From: Octopus vulgaris
Lineage: Eukaryota
DNA length: 64,000 nucleotides
Assembly: GCA_951406725.2 (NCBI GenBank)
Contig: OX597817.1
Coordinates: 78,678,001-78,742,000 of the forward strand
Reading direction: 5' to 3'
The first letter of the stretch is position 1, and each line of letters starts with the position of its first letter. Made by a program: the position numbers and the translations under genes. The notes below the pieces were generated by a model that worked only from the letters and a program-made list of their open reading frames with translations, did no database searches and was not told the DNA's origin. Shown in pieces: positions 48,436-61,480 of the stretch.

Positions 48436-49434
48436 TGTCACTGATGACTCACAGAAATGGTGAAATCTTCAAACTGGCCTGATCTGTCCTCTCATACCTA
48501 CTCTACAATGTCATTCTAAAAATAACAATCACATCGTCGAAATATTGAAACCACAAGATAATGCTTGATTAATTAAAAGCCATGTGAGTATATAAGCATC
48601 ACTTTTGACAGAATAATATGAATGCTAAAGGGCTAAGGCACTCTATACAAGCCATCCAGTTTAAGTTGGATGTCCTGATTATAATTACAGTTTTGTTTTA
48701 AGTATTCTCAGGACTAAACATAGTGTCCATTATTTCTGCTTTAGAAATGTGAACCTTTGAAACTTCAGCCATTCCTGCACATTGACATGCAAACATTAAA
48801 GATGAATATCAGCTGTAACAAATTCACCAATACATGCTGCTGAGGAAGCTTCCACATGGTTGTTTGGTCTGCAAGAAATATCAGCCAAATCCCCCTCAAA
48901 CCACACTCTAATTACTATTGTACAAATACTAAGGATATACTGGACAGTGTTGTCTTGAATAAATATGAGCATTTGCTTATTTATCCATTTGTTTATTTGT
49001 TAAGAGTAATTTCGAAGGAGGTGAAAAATAAAAACATTTTCAATAGTTACCACTTGTACCTAGGTATCGAACATTGCTGCCAACTATAACTGTGCTTGCG
49101 TGGTGGATTTGAAAAATTATAATGTATAAAGATGAGACATGTATGGTCTATTTGTACCATAATTATATGTTAATTATTAGCATCCATGCTGATGAAGAAC
49201 ACCGATAACAAATTAGGTACAAGTGGTAACTTTTGAAAATGCTTTTATTTTTCATTAACTTCGAAATTACTACTAACCGTGGTTTGGACTTTGACCATTC
49301 CTTTTAGCATATAAGGTGTCCTATTAGAGTCACCTCTTTTGTGTAAAAATGTACACTAATTTTATATGAAAATATGTTGTTTATTGACTATTTTATGCAT
49401 GCTAGCCACTGGTAGAAAATTTCTCTAATTTTTC

Positions 49435-49472
<38 letters not shown>

Positions 49473-49635
49473 TGAAGTATATTTGCCACTTAAATGTGGA
49501 TAACCCTTAAGGGTGGATGCTACTGTAGCTTGTAGCCCCAGGAGGACATCTCCTCCAGCTGGCTATTGACACACTTTCTGTGCCCTATCAGTATTTGCAA
49601 AGGGAAGCCATCCTTCCCGTCTTCAACCTATGATA

Positions 49636-49680
49636 CACACAGACTCGAGTTTCTGGGTACTGACCTGTCATCAGCGTATG
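49636..49680 (-). ncRNA. Minimal type I hammerhead ribozyme motif
   Basis: CATACG-CTGATGA-caGGT cagt ACCca-GAAA-C TCGA G-TC-TGTGTG. Confidence 0.8.
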
Positions 49681-49925
49681 ACAATCACCGATTGCCAATG
49701 AAATGTGGGTTCCCTTTGCAAATATATATCCTTTTTCTAGTGACGAAAAGTCACTGATATCGAAAAAGTGTAAACAAGAAATAATAGCCAGCTGGAGGAG
49801 GTGTCTTCCTGGGGCTACAAGCTACAGTAGCATCCACCCTTAAGGGTTAGCCACATTTAAGTGGCAAATATACTTCATGATGTCATGCAGCTACTGTTTG
49901 TACCTCGCTCGGAGATATATTATTG

Positions 49926-50003
<78 letters not shown>

Positions 50004-50507
50004 TTAGAGACAAAACCACTATTTTGCAAAATGTATATGTGATGTTATGTGTGAATGTATATATATATATATATATGTTTATGTTTGTATATGTATTTAT
50101 TTAATAATTTATTGAGTGTGGGAATGAATATATTGGTGTATATATCGAGGTTTGTACGTATGTATATGTTTGTGAGAGTGTGTATATGGTTATGTTTGTG
50201 GGTGTGTGTATATATGTGTGTGTATTGTTTTTTGGTAAGGGGTTTTATTTGTATGTATGGATTTCATTTATCATGATTATTTTATTTAGAATTTTTTAGC
50301 ATTTTAGTCCCCATGCATTATGGCTTGGTTTGTTGCTCATGGTAGTTTTTTTATTGGGTATTGTCTTGTAGCCATTTATACGTATATTTGGATGTCTAGG
50401 AGACTGTCCGTGAATATGTATGTTGCATGGGTGTGTGTGTGTATGTGTGCGCGTGTATAAGTGCATGTGTAGATGTGGGAGTGCATGGTGCTATGTAAAA
50501 GTGTGTG

Positions 50508-52556
50508 CTTGTGTATGCACTTGTATACATGCATGATTGATGTGCGTGAGATTGCACCCATTTTTAAGGATGTATATGTTTTTTTATCTGTATGGGTGTG
50601 GGAGTGAATTTTTGGTGTATATATCGAGGTTTATACGTATGTATAGGTATGTGTGAGTGAGGTGGGTATTTGTATATGTCATGGGTGTGTGGTTTACGTG
50701 TGTGTATTTGTGTGTGAATGTATAGGTTAGGGGGATTGCTATATAGGTATGTTATAGTGTTTAGTAAAGGGACGTTTTATCATTATATGTATTTATGAGT
50801 TTTAGTTTATCATGGTAGTTTTATTAAAGAATTTGTAGTAATTTATGTCTATTTATGATGTTTGTTATTTTATTACATTATTCCATTCATAATTTTTAAG
50901 TAATGTTCGTTTACCACGTGAATATAATTTTTAATTCCATTTATTCCATTCATAATTTTAAATGACGTTCGTTTCCAGAGCGCGAATACTTTTTATACAT
51001 ATGTTAGGTTCCTATAGTAACGTAATTTTGTTTGACGTTTTTAACGGCTAGAGTTTAATTTCACTTCATAAATTGAAACTGATTTGAAAGTATGTATATT
51101 TTTTTCTCCTTATGTTAATCTTGTTACTTATGATATTCTGGTTACTTATGAAGTATTTTATATATCGTATTATGTGTAGTAATGTTGTTTTTCTTTTGAG
51201 TGTTTATGTATGTGTGAATGTGTGTGTGTGTGCGTATTTTAGTTGTGTAATTTATTTATCTGTATGAGTATGGGTGTGAACATATTGTTGTATATATCGA
51301 GTTTAGTACGTATGTATATGTATATGTGAGGGGGTATACGTATATGTTGTGTGTGTGTGTTTTACGTATGTATATTTGTGTGTGAATGTATATATGGAGA
51401 TTGCTATATAGGTATAATTGTGTATGGTAAAGGGAGTTTTATCATTATATGTATATGAGTTTCATTTATCATGATGGTTTATTAATGATTTGTAGTAAAT
51501 TCTGTATATTTAAGTTGATTATATATTATTCTTGTGTATGCACTTGTATACATGCATGATTGATGTGCGTGAGATTGCACACATTTTTAAGGATGTATAT
51601 GTTTATTTATCTGTATGGGTGTGGGAGTGAATTTTTGGTGTATATATCGAGGTTTATACGTATGTATAGGTATGTGTGAGTGAGGTGGGTATTTGTATAT
51701 GTCGTGGGTGTGTGGTTTACGTGTGTGTATTTGTGTGTGAATGTATAGGTTAGGGGGATTGCTATAGAGGTATGTTATAGAGTTTAGTAAAGGGAGGTTT
51801 TATCATTATATGTATTTATGAGTTTTAGTTTTATCATGGTAGTTTTATTAAAGAATTTGTAGTAATTTATGTCTATTTATGATGTTTGTTATTTTATTAC
51901 ATTATTCCATTCATAATTTTTAAGTAATGTTCGTTTACCACGTGAATATAATTTTTAATTCCATTTATTCCATTCATAATTTTAAATGACGTTCGTTTCC
52001 AGAGCGCGAATACTTTTTATACATATGTTAGGTTCCTATGGTAACGTAATTTTGTTTGACGTTTTTAACGGCTAGAGTTTAATTTCACTTCATAAATTGA
52101 AACTGATTTGAAAGTATGTATATTTTTTTCTCCTTATGTTAATCTTGTTATTTATGATATTCTGGTTACTTATGAAGTATTTTATATATCGTATTATGTG
52201 TAGTAATGTTGTTTTTCTTTTGAGTGTTTATGTATGTGTGAATGTGTGTGTGTGTGTGCGTATTTTAGTTGTGTAATTTATTTATCTGTATGAGTGTGGG
52301 TGTGAACATATTGTTGTATATATCGAGTTTAGTAAGTATGTATATGTATATGTGAGGGGGTATACGTATATGTTGTGTGTGTGTGTTTTACGTATGTATA
52401 TTTGTGTGTGAATGTATATATGGAGATTGCTATATAGGTATAATTGTGTATGGTAAAGGGAGTTTTATCATTATATGTATATGGGTTTCATTTATCATGA
52501 TGGTTTATTAATGAATCGTAGTAAATTCTGTATATTTAAGTTGATTATATATTATT
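50508..52556 (+). repeat. Near-identical tandem duplication, ~1023-bp unit x2
   Basis: cttgtgtatgcacttgtatacatgc starts at 50508 and at 51531; the units differ only at scattered positions. Confidence 0.92.
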
Positions 52557-53158
52557 CCATTCATAATTTAAAAAAAAAAACGTTCGATCACCACGTGCAA
52601 AGAATTGTTTATTTTTCTTTTGAGTGTTTATGTATGTGTGAATGTGTGTGTGTGTGTGTATGATTGTTTGCGTAATTTATTTATCTGTATAGATGTGGGT
52701 GTGAATATATTGGTGTATATATCGAGTTCTGTATGTTTGTATATGTATGTGTGAGCGGGTATACGTATATTGTTTATGAATGTGGGTTGTATGTGTGTGT
52801 GAGGGAGTATGAATAAGTATTGTGTTGAAGTATTTGGCGATTTTATTTATTTATCGTTGCCTAGACGTTTTTATGTGTATGTATAGGGATATATATATAG
52901 GTGTGTGAGTTAGTGTATGTATTTAGATATGGTTATATATACTTAGTTATATGTGTATGGGTGTATATATAGTTTATTTTTATTTTGTTTTATATTTAAT
53001 TGTTGATAGGTTCATTTTAGTTTATATATTGATTATATATGGATTATATATAGATTATATATAGATTATATATTTATATTTTTTCATTGATACTTTAATT
53101 ATTTTAAAATTGTTTTTTATACTTATATTTTAAAATATTGATATTTTAGATCGGAAAT

Positions 53159-53201
53159 CCACCTGAAGATTGTCGTTCAAGACATGAAACAATTGTAGTG
53201 G
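53159..53201 (+). ncRNA. Minimal type I hammerhead ribozyme motif
   Basis: CCAC-CTGAAGA-tTGTC gttcaa GACAt-GAAA-C AATT G-TA-GTGG. Confidence 0.82.
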
Positions 53202-53967
53202 CGGTTTTTTAACTTTTTATTAAAATTTTATGTATTGATTAAGTCTTTCCTTGTTTGTTTTGCAAAATAGTGGTTTTGTCTCTAATTAATATTATATAAT
53301 ATTTTACTATAAAATTGGATTTAATCCTAAATCTGATTTTTTCCCTGTAAATTTAGATTTATTCCCTAATATTTATTATATAAATATATATATATATATA
53401 CAGTCATATATACATATATACTCAGATATATATAAATATATATAAATATAAGAGATAATGGTGTCATTGAGACTCAAAGGTGTCAGGTAATGCTGAATAA
53501 GTGCTATAGACAAGACAGACCATAGCTAAGTTCCAGATGCGGAAATATTGCGAATAAAGGGTTCGACATTGGTTCTATGTCAGCGTGTGTATATAAGAGT
53601 TTTTTGCGTAATAAGATAAAAAACCAAAGATGTATAGAGATATTAGAGCACTTATAGATAGAAGGTCTTACAGCTGTTTCTAAGATATTTATTAATTATC
53701 TCCCTTCATTGGAGATGGTGTGAGAAGAAAGTTAAGTCATAGCTAGTTTAGATGGGATACAATATAGAGAGTGAGGTGGAAAAAAGAAAATAGATGCAAA
53801 ATATGTATGGGTTATCTTATATATAGATATTTACGGGTATACATATCTTATATATAGATGCAAGATATGTATGGGTATACATATCTTGCATCTATTTTCT
53901 TTCCTCCACCTCACTCTATTTTGTATCACATCTAAACTAACTATGACTTAACTTTCCTCTCACACCA

Positions 53968-54017
53968 TCTCCGATGAAAGGATATTATTAATTAATATCC
54001 TAGAAACAGCTGTAAGA
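53968..54017 (+). ncRNA. Variant hammerhead motif (CCGATGA core)
   Basis: TCT-CCGATGA-aAGGATATT attaatt AATATCCTa-GAAA-C AGCT G-TA-AGA; decayed inverted copy at 53666-53715. Confidence 0.65.
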
Positions 54018-54109
54018 CCTTCTATCTATAAGTGCTCTAATATCTATACAGCCTTGATTTTTTTTATCTTATTATGCAAAAAATTCTTATATATATAGAT
54101 AGATATATT

Positions 54110-54167
<58 letters not shown>

Positions 54168-55431
54168 CACACACACATATAGATAGATATATATGTACAT
54201 ATATATTTAATCACATTATTCACTGGAGAAAAGAATGAAACACTGAAAAAGTGATGGAAGAAGTAAAGGCTATGGTGGCACACTTTGTAAAAAGCTCTGA
54301 GGAGCACTGAAGTAGAATGAGAAATGATAAATACAACACAGCATGAAGATATTGCAAGGACCGCAGTTTACAGTCAGTGAAGTCTGAGTGAAGTTTAGTA
54401 TATTTGCTTAATGATACATAAAGCCCATTACAAACCAACAACTATTGTGGTTTCCCCTCATTCTTGATCAGATAAATCTTTTGTCTTTTGCAATACAGAA
54501 CAATTACAGTTTTAGAATATGGATTTGTATCAGATATACCAGCAGTATTGTTATTACTGTTGTTATTGTTGCTGTTGCTATTGTTGCTGTTATTGATCCA
54601 AGTTAACACTGACTGAGCCAACCTAGAATCAAATACGTTCTGAATATGATCAGAGTGTTTCATACTGCTTCTGACATAACGTATCTTGGACTTCATTATC
54701 AACTACATTCTAGTTTTAAGAAGGTGAGGTGTGGTTTGAGAAAGATTTGGCTACTGTTTCAGAGAGTTCAATCAACAAGGTAGAGACTTTCTTGTCGTGT
54801 CTAGCCAGACTTTGCTCAGATCAATAGATCACACTGAGCTATTGTTTCAAACCCATTTGTCGCTAATGGGAAACAATCGGGTCAAATTAGCTTTCACTGG
54901 CATTAATTTACAACAATAACAAGCAGGGCAACATTTTCGATTTTGGTGCCATTTACAGATGCAGTATTTGTTGAAGGAGGGTATCTGACCTCGTGGTACT
55001 TTTGAACCATTTAACCCAAATACTTTTACAATTGTCCAGCTCTTTCAACTCTTAAGTTTCTTTTACAAAATTGAAAAGAAAGGAAAAAAAAAAAGAAGAC
55101 AACAGAACATTGTTCTATAGATTTTAGTCAAGGAAGAAAAGTTGGCACTATACAAAACAGTCAGTTATTTCATATCAGCTGCTGTTGTACAATTCTTCGT
55201 TGTCATCAGAGATCAATATATGATGCAGGGTGTGAAGAATGGAAGGACTTAATCTATCCAGCTGTGAGAAATAACCAGGCATCAAGCCAATCCCACAGTA
55301 AGGGGTTTGAAGCAATAACCCTCAATGAGAGCCTTATACTTAAACACATTCTCCTACGTTTTGCACTCTCTCTCTCTTGTCATCTCTTTCTCTTTCTCTC
55401 TATCCCTGTCTCTTCCTGTTTATTACATGTT

Positions 55432-55474
<43 letters not shown>

Positions 55475-55483
55475 TTTTTTCAT

Positions 55484-55918
55484 CTTTTACTTGTTTCAAT
55501 CATTAGATTGTGGCCATGCTGGGGCACTGCCTTGAACAATTTTTTTTAGCTGAATGAATTGATTTTAGTTCTTATTTTTACTTATTTTTAGTTTTTGTTA
55601 AGCCTGGTACTTATTCATTCAGTCTCTTTTGCTGAACTGCAAAGTTATAGTGCAATAAACACACCAACACCAGATGTCATGTGCGGATAAGGGACAAACA
55701 CACACACACACATACACTCACACACATGCACACACACATATATATACATATATATTATGGGCTTCTCTTAGTTTCTGTCTATCAAATCCTCTCACAAGGC
55801 TTTGGTCGACCTGAGGCTATAGTAGAAGACACTTGCCCAAGGTACCATGCAGTGGGACTGAACCCAGAACCATGAGGTTGGGAAGTGAGCTTCTTACCAC
55901 ACAATCACACCTGTGCCT
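55484..55918 (-). mobile_element. SINE family B, full length
   Basis: Same head, microsatellite and tail as the other copies. Confidence 0.78.
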
Positions 55919-55996
55919 GACACATAAACATATATATATATGTGTGCGCATGTGTGTGTGTGTGTGTTTCTTACACTCTCGTATATATAGATATAC

Positions 55997-56385
55997 ATCA
56001 TCATCATCGTCATCATCATTTAACATTCGTTTTCCATGCTGGCATGGGTTAGCTGGTTTGACTGAGGTCTGGAAAGCCATCAGCTGCACCAGGCTCCAAT
56101 CTGATCTGGCAATGTTTCTACAGCTGGGTGCCTTTCTTATCACCAACCACTCCGAGAGTGTAGGGGGTGCCTTTTACATGCCACTGGCACAGGAGCCAGT
56201 CAGGAAGGCCTAGCAACGATCGCATTCGGATAGTGCTTTTTACATGCTACCAGTGCGTGAGCCAATCAGGGGGCACTGGCATTGGCCGCATTCAGATGGT
56301 GCATTTTACATGTCACCGGCACAGGAGCCAGTCAGATGGCCTTGGCATTGATCATGTTCAGATAGTGCTTTTTATGTGCCACCAT
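55997..56385 (-). mobile_element. Repeat family F
   Basis: Homologous to 19502-19945. Confidence 0.72.
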
Positions 56386-56926
56386 AATATATATATTTAT
56401 GATATATATAAAACATACTGCTTGATGAAGTAAGAAATAGTTGTAGTTTTAGTAGATGCTGTCATAGTTTGTGTACTTGTATATAAGTGGTGATTATAGC
56501 TGTGTTATTGGTGTTAATGAAAGTATAGGCTGAAGTTTCAGCAGTGTTTGCAATAGAGGAAGTTAGGGTGTGAATAGTATAAAGGCACTGACAGCTGTAA
56601 TGATTTGGTAGAGTTAAGTACCGGTCATAGTTTAATGATACTGGCTATGTGGTAGTGTTGTTGACAGTTGTAGCAATGTTTGCCATAATGGCTGAGGTTA
56701 TAGTATTGGTGATGGTAGTGATGGAGTGAGTGGAGATGACAGGGATTATTGTTGTTGTTGCTGCTACTGCTGCTGCTGAGGATGACGATGGGGATGACAA
56801 TGATGATGACGATGGTTTTGATGATGATGATGATGATGATGATGACCATGATGATGGTGGTGGTGGTGGTGGTTGTGATGAAATGGTGGATGGGAATGTT
56901 TCTGATGTAAGTAGAGCAGCAGCTGC

Positions 56927-56961
<35 letters not shown>

Positions 56962-57196
56962 AAGAAGAAGCAGTAGTAACAGTGGTGGTAGTGGTGATGG
57001 TGATGTTGTTGTTGTTGTTGGTGGTGGTGGTGATAATGGCGGTGGTGGCGGTGGTAGCAGCAGCAGCAGTAGTAGCAGTGGTAGTGGTGATGGTGAAATG
57101 GTAGTAGTACCATAAAAGTGGAGAGAACAGAATAACTTGCCAGCGTTTGTTGTTCTGCTCTCCCTCTCTCTGTCTCTGTCAGTCCGTCTGTCTCAG

Positions 57197-57227
<31 letters not shown>

Positions 57228-58231
57228 TTTGTTTGTGTTCTCTAGCAGAAGGAAGCATATGATGTGGTCAGGGCTGGAATTTTCTACGGCTGAGGTTGAA
57301 ATCAAAATTGAGAGACGGAACTAAGAATGGAAGTGATGTAGACAATCAAAAGTGTCTGACAGTGAAACAGTCACAGAGAAAAATGGAAACAAAGTAACAT
57401 GGGTTTTCATATTGGATCCATTTTGGCATTAATTCAACTCTATTATTGCCGATGAATCAACAATATTTCTTTCACCATTTAGTAACAGAGCTTTAACAAA
57501 TGTCTAAATATCTCCTTTTCAGGTGCCAATAGTTCATGGTAGAATATTAATGATGTCTTTTGATTAAGAATATCATCTCATAATGATAGTTTTGGTTGTG
57601 GTTCACATGACATTCTCAAATGTAAGAGAAATGAAATTACTTCAAATGAAATCAACATTACACTTCAGATGTATCTATCTTAGAGCGTGATATTTTCTTT
57701 GTGATTGCACTACAGATACACCTATCTTGTAAGTTGATTTTTTTTCTTTTTTTTTCCTGTTTTTGTTTTTGATTTCACTACAGATACATCTATCTTGAAG
57801 CTAGATTCTTTCTTTTTGACTATTCAAATTCTGTTTTTCTTTTTATTTTTTAAAAATTATGTTGTGTTTAATTATGGCACAAAACACAACATTTGTAAAG
57901 GGCATGGGCAGTCTGCTGCCCTCCGGTCACATATAGATCTTTAATGCCTTTACTGTATGGCTTGCAATAATATCATCATCATCATCATCATAATCATCAT
58001 CCACCACCACCACCACCCTCACCTCCACCACCACCACCACCACCACCACCACTACTATCATCATCGTTGTATCATCATCATCATCATCATCAACCTTTAT
58101 CTTCTCTCTCCCTTCTTATGCGACAATTAGTTGGATGTCATAATAAAACTCAGAGTTTCGGATGCCAGAGCAGACTTCAGCCCCAGCATCCGAAACTCTG
58201 AGTTTTATTATGACAACCAACTAATTGTCAC

Positions 58232-58275
<44 letters not shown>

Positions 58276-59384
58276 TGAGGGGGTACCCAAAAGTAACTGG
58301 AAATGTTCTCTGTGAGACGTAGTTCAGGCTTCTGTCACTAGAAGCCACTTTATGCAACCCTCAGGCATCAGTTAGCCAACCGGTGTCATTGGTTGAGGTC
58401 ATACTGCTATGTAGGGCATCTTTGTTTTATAGTGCTTCTCCCCTGTACATTGATTTTTCACAATGGCTGAAATGAAGGAACAGATTGCTTCTGTGAAATT
58501 CTGTTTTCTGCTGGGGTAAACGGTGGCCAAAACAGTTGTCATGCTTCAAATAGCCTACAAGCATGCTACCATGTGCAAAGCACAAGTTTCCATGCTTTAG
58601 GAATGTCCACTCATCACTTGAAGACCAACCTTGTTCAGGGTGAAGGTTGACCTGCCGAACAGATGAAATCATCATACAAATTCATGAACTGATCTTAGAG
58701 AACTGTCACTGAACAATTGTCAAACTTGTTCATATAACTGGTATGTCCTGGAGATCCTGTCAACGAATATTGAGGGAGGAATTGTGAATGAAAAGAGTTG
58801 CAGTAAAATTTGTGCCTCACTTGCTCACAGAAGATCAAAAGCAGTCGTGACTGAATACATGTCATGAACTGAAAGAACAGCTAGAAGTTGATCTGGACCT
58901 TTTTCTTGAAGGTCATCAATGGAAATGGAAACTAGTATTATTGAATACAGTTCTATATTTAAGAGATGAGGAATTATGTACATTATTTATGTTATTTACA
59001 TTATTTACTTTTGACTGATATTTGTCCTCATCTTGTTTGTTGTTAACACATTTCCCCTAGACACCTGATGAAGGCCGGAGGGTATATCAACCGAAACGTT
59101 GTGTTAACAACAAACAAGATGAGGACGAATAGCAGTCAAATGTAAATAATGTAAATAATATAAATAATATAGTGCTATGGAATTTGCTGATGTGGAAGGG
59201 GTGAAGAAAAAAAACGATGGAGGTGTTAAAAGGCATCACTTTGCAAGAGTTCCAGCACAGCTTTAAATGGTTAAAAATGCATCTAGACCGATGCATTGCT
59301 TAAAATGAAGAATACTTTGAAGGTGATACATGTATAATCATGATTAAAATAACATTTCAAAATTCTGGTTTCTTTTGGGTACCC
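58276..59384 (+). mobile_element. Deleted mariner element with both TIRs and a nested hairpin insertion
   Basis: TIRs gggtacccaaaagtaactggaa / ttctggtttcttttgggtaccc; relic translations MAEMKEQIASVKFCFLLG and MKRVAVKFVPHLLTEDQK. Confidence 0.82.
59061..59104 (+). ncRNA. Hammerhead-like motif with ultra-short stem III
   Basis: ACAC-CTGATGA-aGG...CC-GAAA-CG-TT-GTGT at the centre of a hairpin element. Confidence 0.55.
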
Positions 59385-59438
59385 ATATATATATAGTATG
59401 TATAAATGCATTCACATATAATTATATATTTGTGTGAG

Positions 59439-59527
<89 letters not shown>

Positions 59528-59529
<2 letters not shown>

Positions 59530-59893
59530 AGGTGCAATGGCCCAGTGGCTAGGGCAGCAAACTCTCAGTCTTAGGATTACAGTTTCAAATCCCAGACCGG
59601 ATGTTGTGAGTGTTTATTAAGCGAAAACACCTAAAGCTCCACGAGGTTCTGGCAGGGGTGCTGTACTCTTTCACCACAACTTTCTCTCACTCTTTCTTCC
59701 ACCTTCTGTTGTACCTGTACTTCAAAGGGCCATCCTTGTCACACTATGTGTCAAGCTGAATCTCCCTGAGAACTACATTAAGGATACATCTGTCTGTAGA
59801 GTGCTCAGCCACTTGCACATTAATTTCACGAGCAGGCTGTTCCGTTGGTTGGATCAACTGGAACACTCGTCATCATAACCAACAGAGTGCCAG
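59528..59893 (+). mobile_element. SINE family C with a third tail type
   Basis: Head matches the 1709 copy up to aactttctctcactctttctt, then diverges. Confidence 0.72.
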
Positions 59894-61436
59894 ATATATA
59901 TAGATATATGAGGTTTTAGGCCACCAGCCATTAGGGAGAAATTTCACAAAACTAAGTGCTTTATGGACATGAAACCCAAGGTTACCCCATAAACTGGACA
60001 ACTATCTTTATCTAATTATAAATGTGTATGTGGGTTTGTGTGTGTGTGTATATATATATATGGCAGTGCCTCAGCATGGCCACAGCTCATAAGCTGAAAC
60101 TAGAATCAATCAATCAATTAATCATATATATATATATATATATATAGATAGAGAGAGAGAGAGAGAGATACATACATACATACATACATACATGCATGCA
60201 TGCATACATACATACATACATACATAAATATATTTATATATGCTAACATATATATATTTGCATATATATGATGGACTCACCCATTAACGACAACACATAA
60301 GTGTTCAGTTTTTGCTAATGATTTGTTTAAAGTGTTCAAAAGTATGTTCTGTAAATTAGCTCACCCACTCTATCAAAACAACATTGCCCAAGCAGGTGCA
60401 CAGTGTGCCACACATCAGGTGTCAAAATGATTACAGAGCAACGTGAAAGGAAGTCTTTTGCTTAAGAACACAATGCACCACCCAGTCTAGGAACTGAAAC
60501 CACAATCTTGTGATCAAACACACACACACACACACATATAGATCATATATGATTTTGCTGAAGCATAAAGTTCTCTCTTACCAAGATGACAGTTCACCAG
60601 TTGGAATAATGAGAGTTCTTGTGTGCCATTTTAACCCTTTTGATACCAGTCTGCTCAAAACCATCCCAGATTCCACAATATAAACTTCTTTCTCTAAAGT
60701 GATCTAAAGTAAGCATTTCCTTAAAATTTCATATTAATTTATATTCCACACACATAACTTCATAATAACAACATTATTTTACTAAGTTCTGTGGAATTTG
60801 CAGATGTAGAAGTTCTTCATTGTTTTCAAAATTAATTGAAATAAAGGCAGTATTTTCCAGTGGATATAATGGTAAAAAAGAGCTACGGAGATCTTAATTA
60901 AAATCATCCATCAAAATTTAATTCCAATTTATACTCCATAACACCACCTTAACAACAACAGAGTTTATTCTTAAATATTTACAAAGCTAATTAAAAGCAA
61001 ATGTGTGTTTCATCAAAACTATGAGAAATATGGTAATGCAAGACTTAAATATCAAGCCATAGACCATGGAATTTCTGCTTATCAGGCATCGATCATGAAA
61101 TTTATACTTTGACAAAAACTAAAAGCATAGCATAAAATGGTGTTAATAAGTGAAAATGGCATCAACAAAATGCAAATAAAAAAGGCTTTTAGTGGATCAA
61201 AATATAGAGGAAAGTGATCCAGAGATTCAGCATTAAATTCAAAAGTAGAAAAGTAGTTAGGAACAACAAGCAAATATAAATATTTTGTTAATACGAGAAT
61301 GAATGAATTTTTGTGCAAAGTTTACCATAGAACTCATCAGATTTGATTGAATGTATTTTGTAGAATAATGATAAAATATAATGCATTACTAAATGACACA
61401 TGAAGATACATTAATGCACACATATATATAATAATG

Positions 61437-61480
<44 letters not shown>

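Larger units (their letters stand above)
49996..53380 (+). mobile_element. ~3.4-kb G/T-skewed non-coding Penelope-like element with an inverted 5' piece
   Basis: 49996-50032 is the reverse complement of ~53258-53295; hammerhead at 53159; strongly C-poor plus strand. Confidence 0.6.

Noticed and set aside
54442-54702. 86-aa minus-strand ORF with an Asn run in unique-looking sequence
   Set aside because: No recognisable domain or convincing splice sites.
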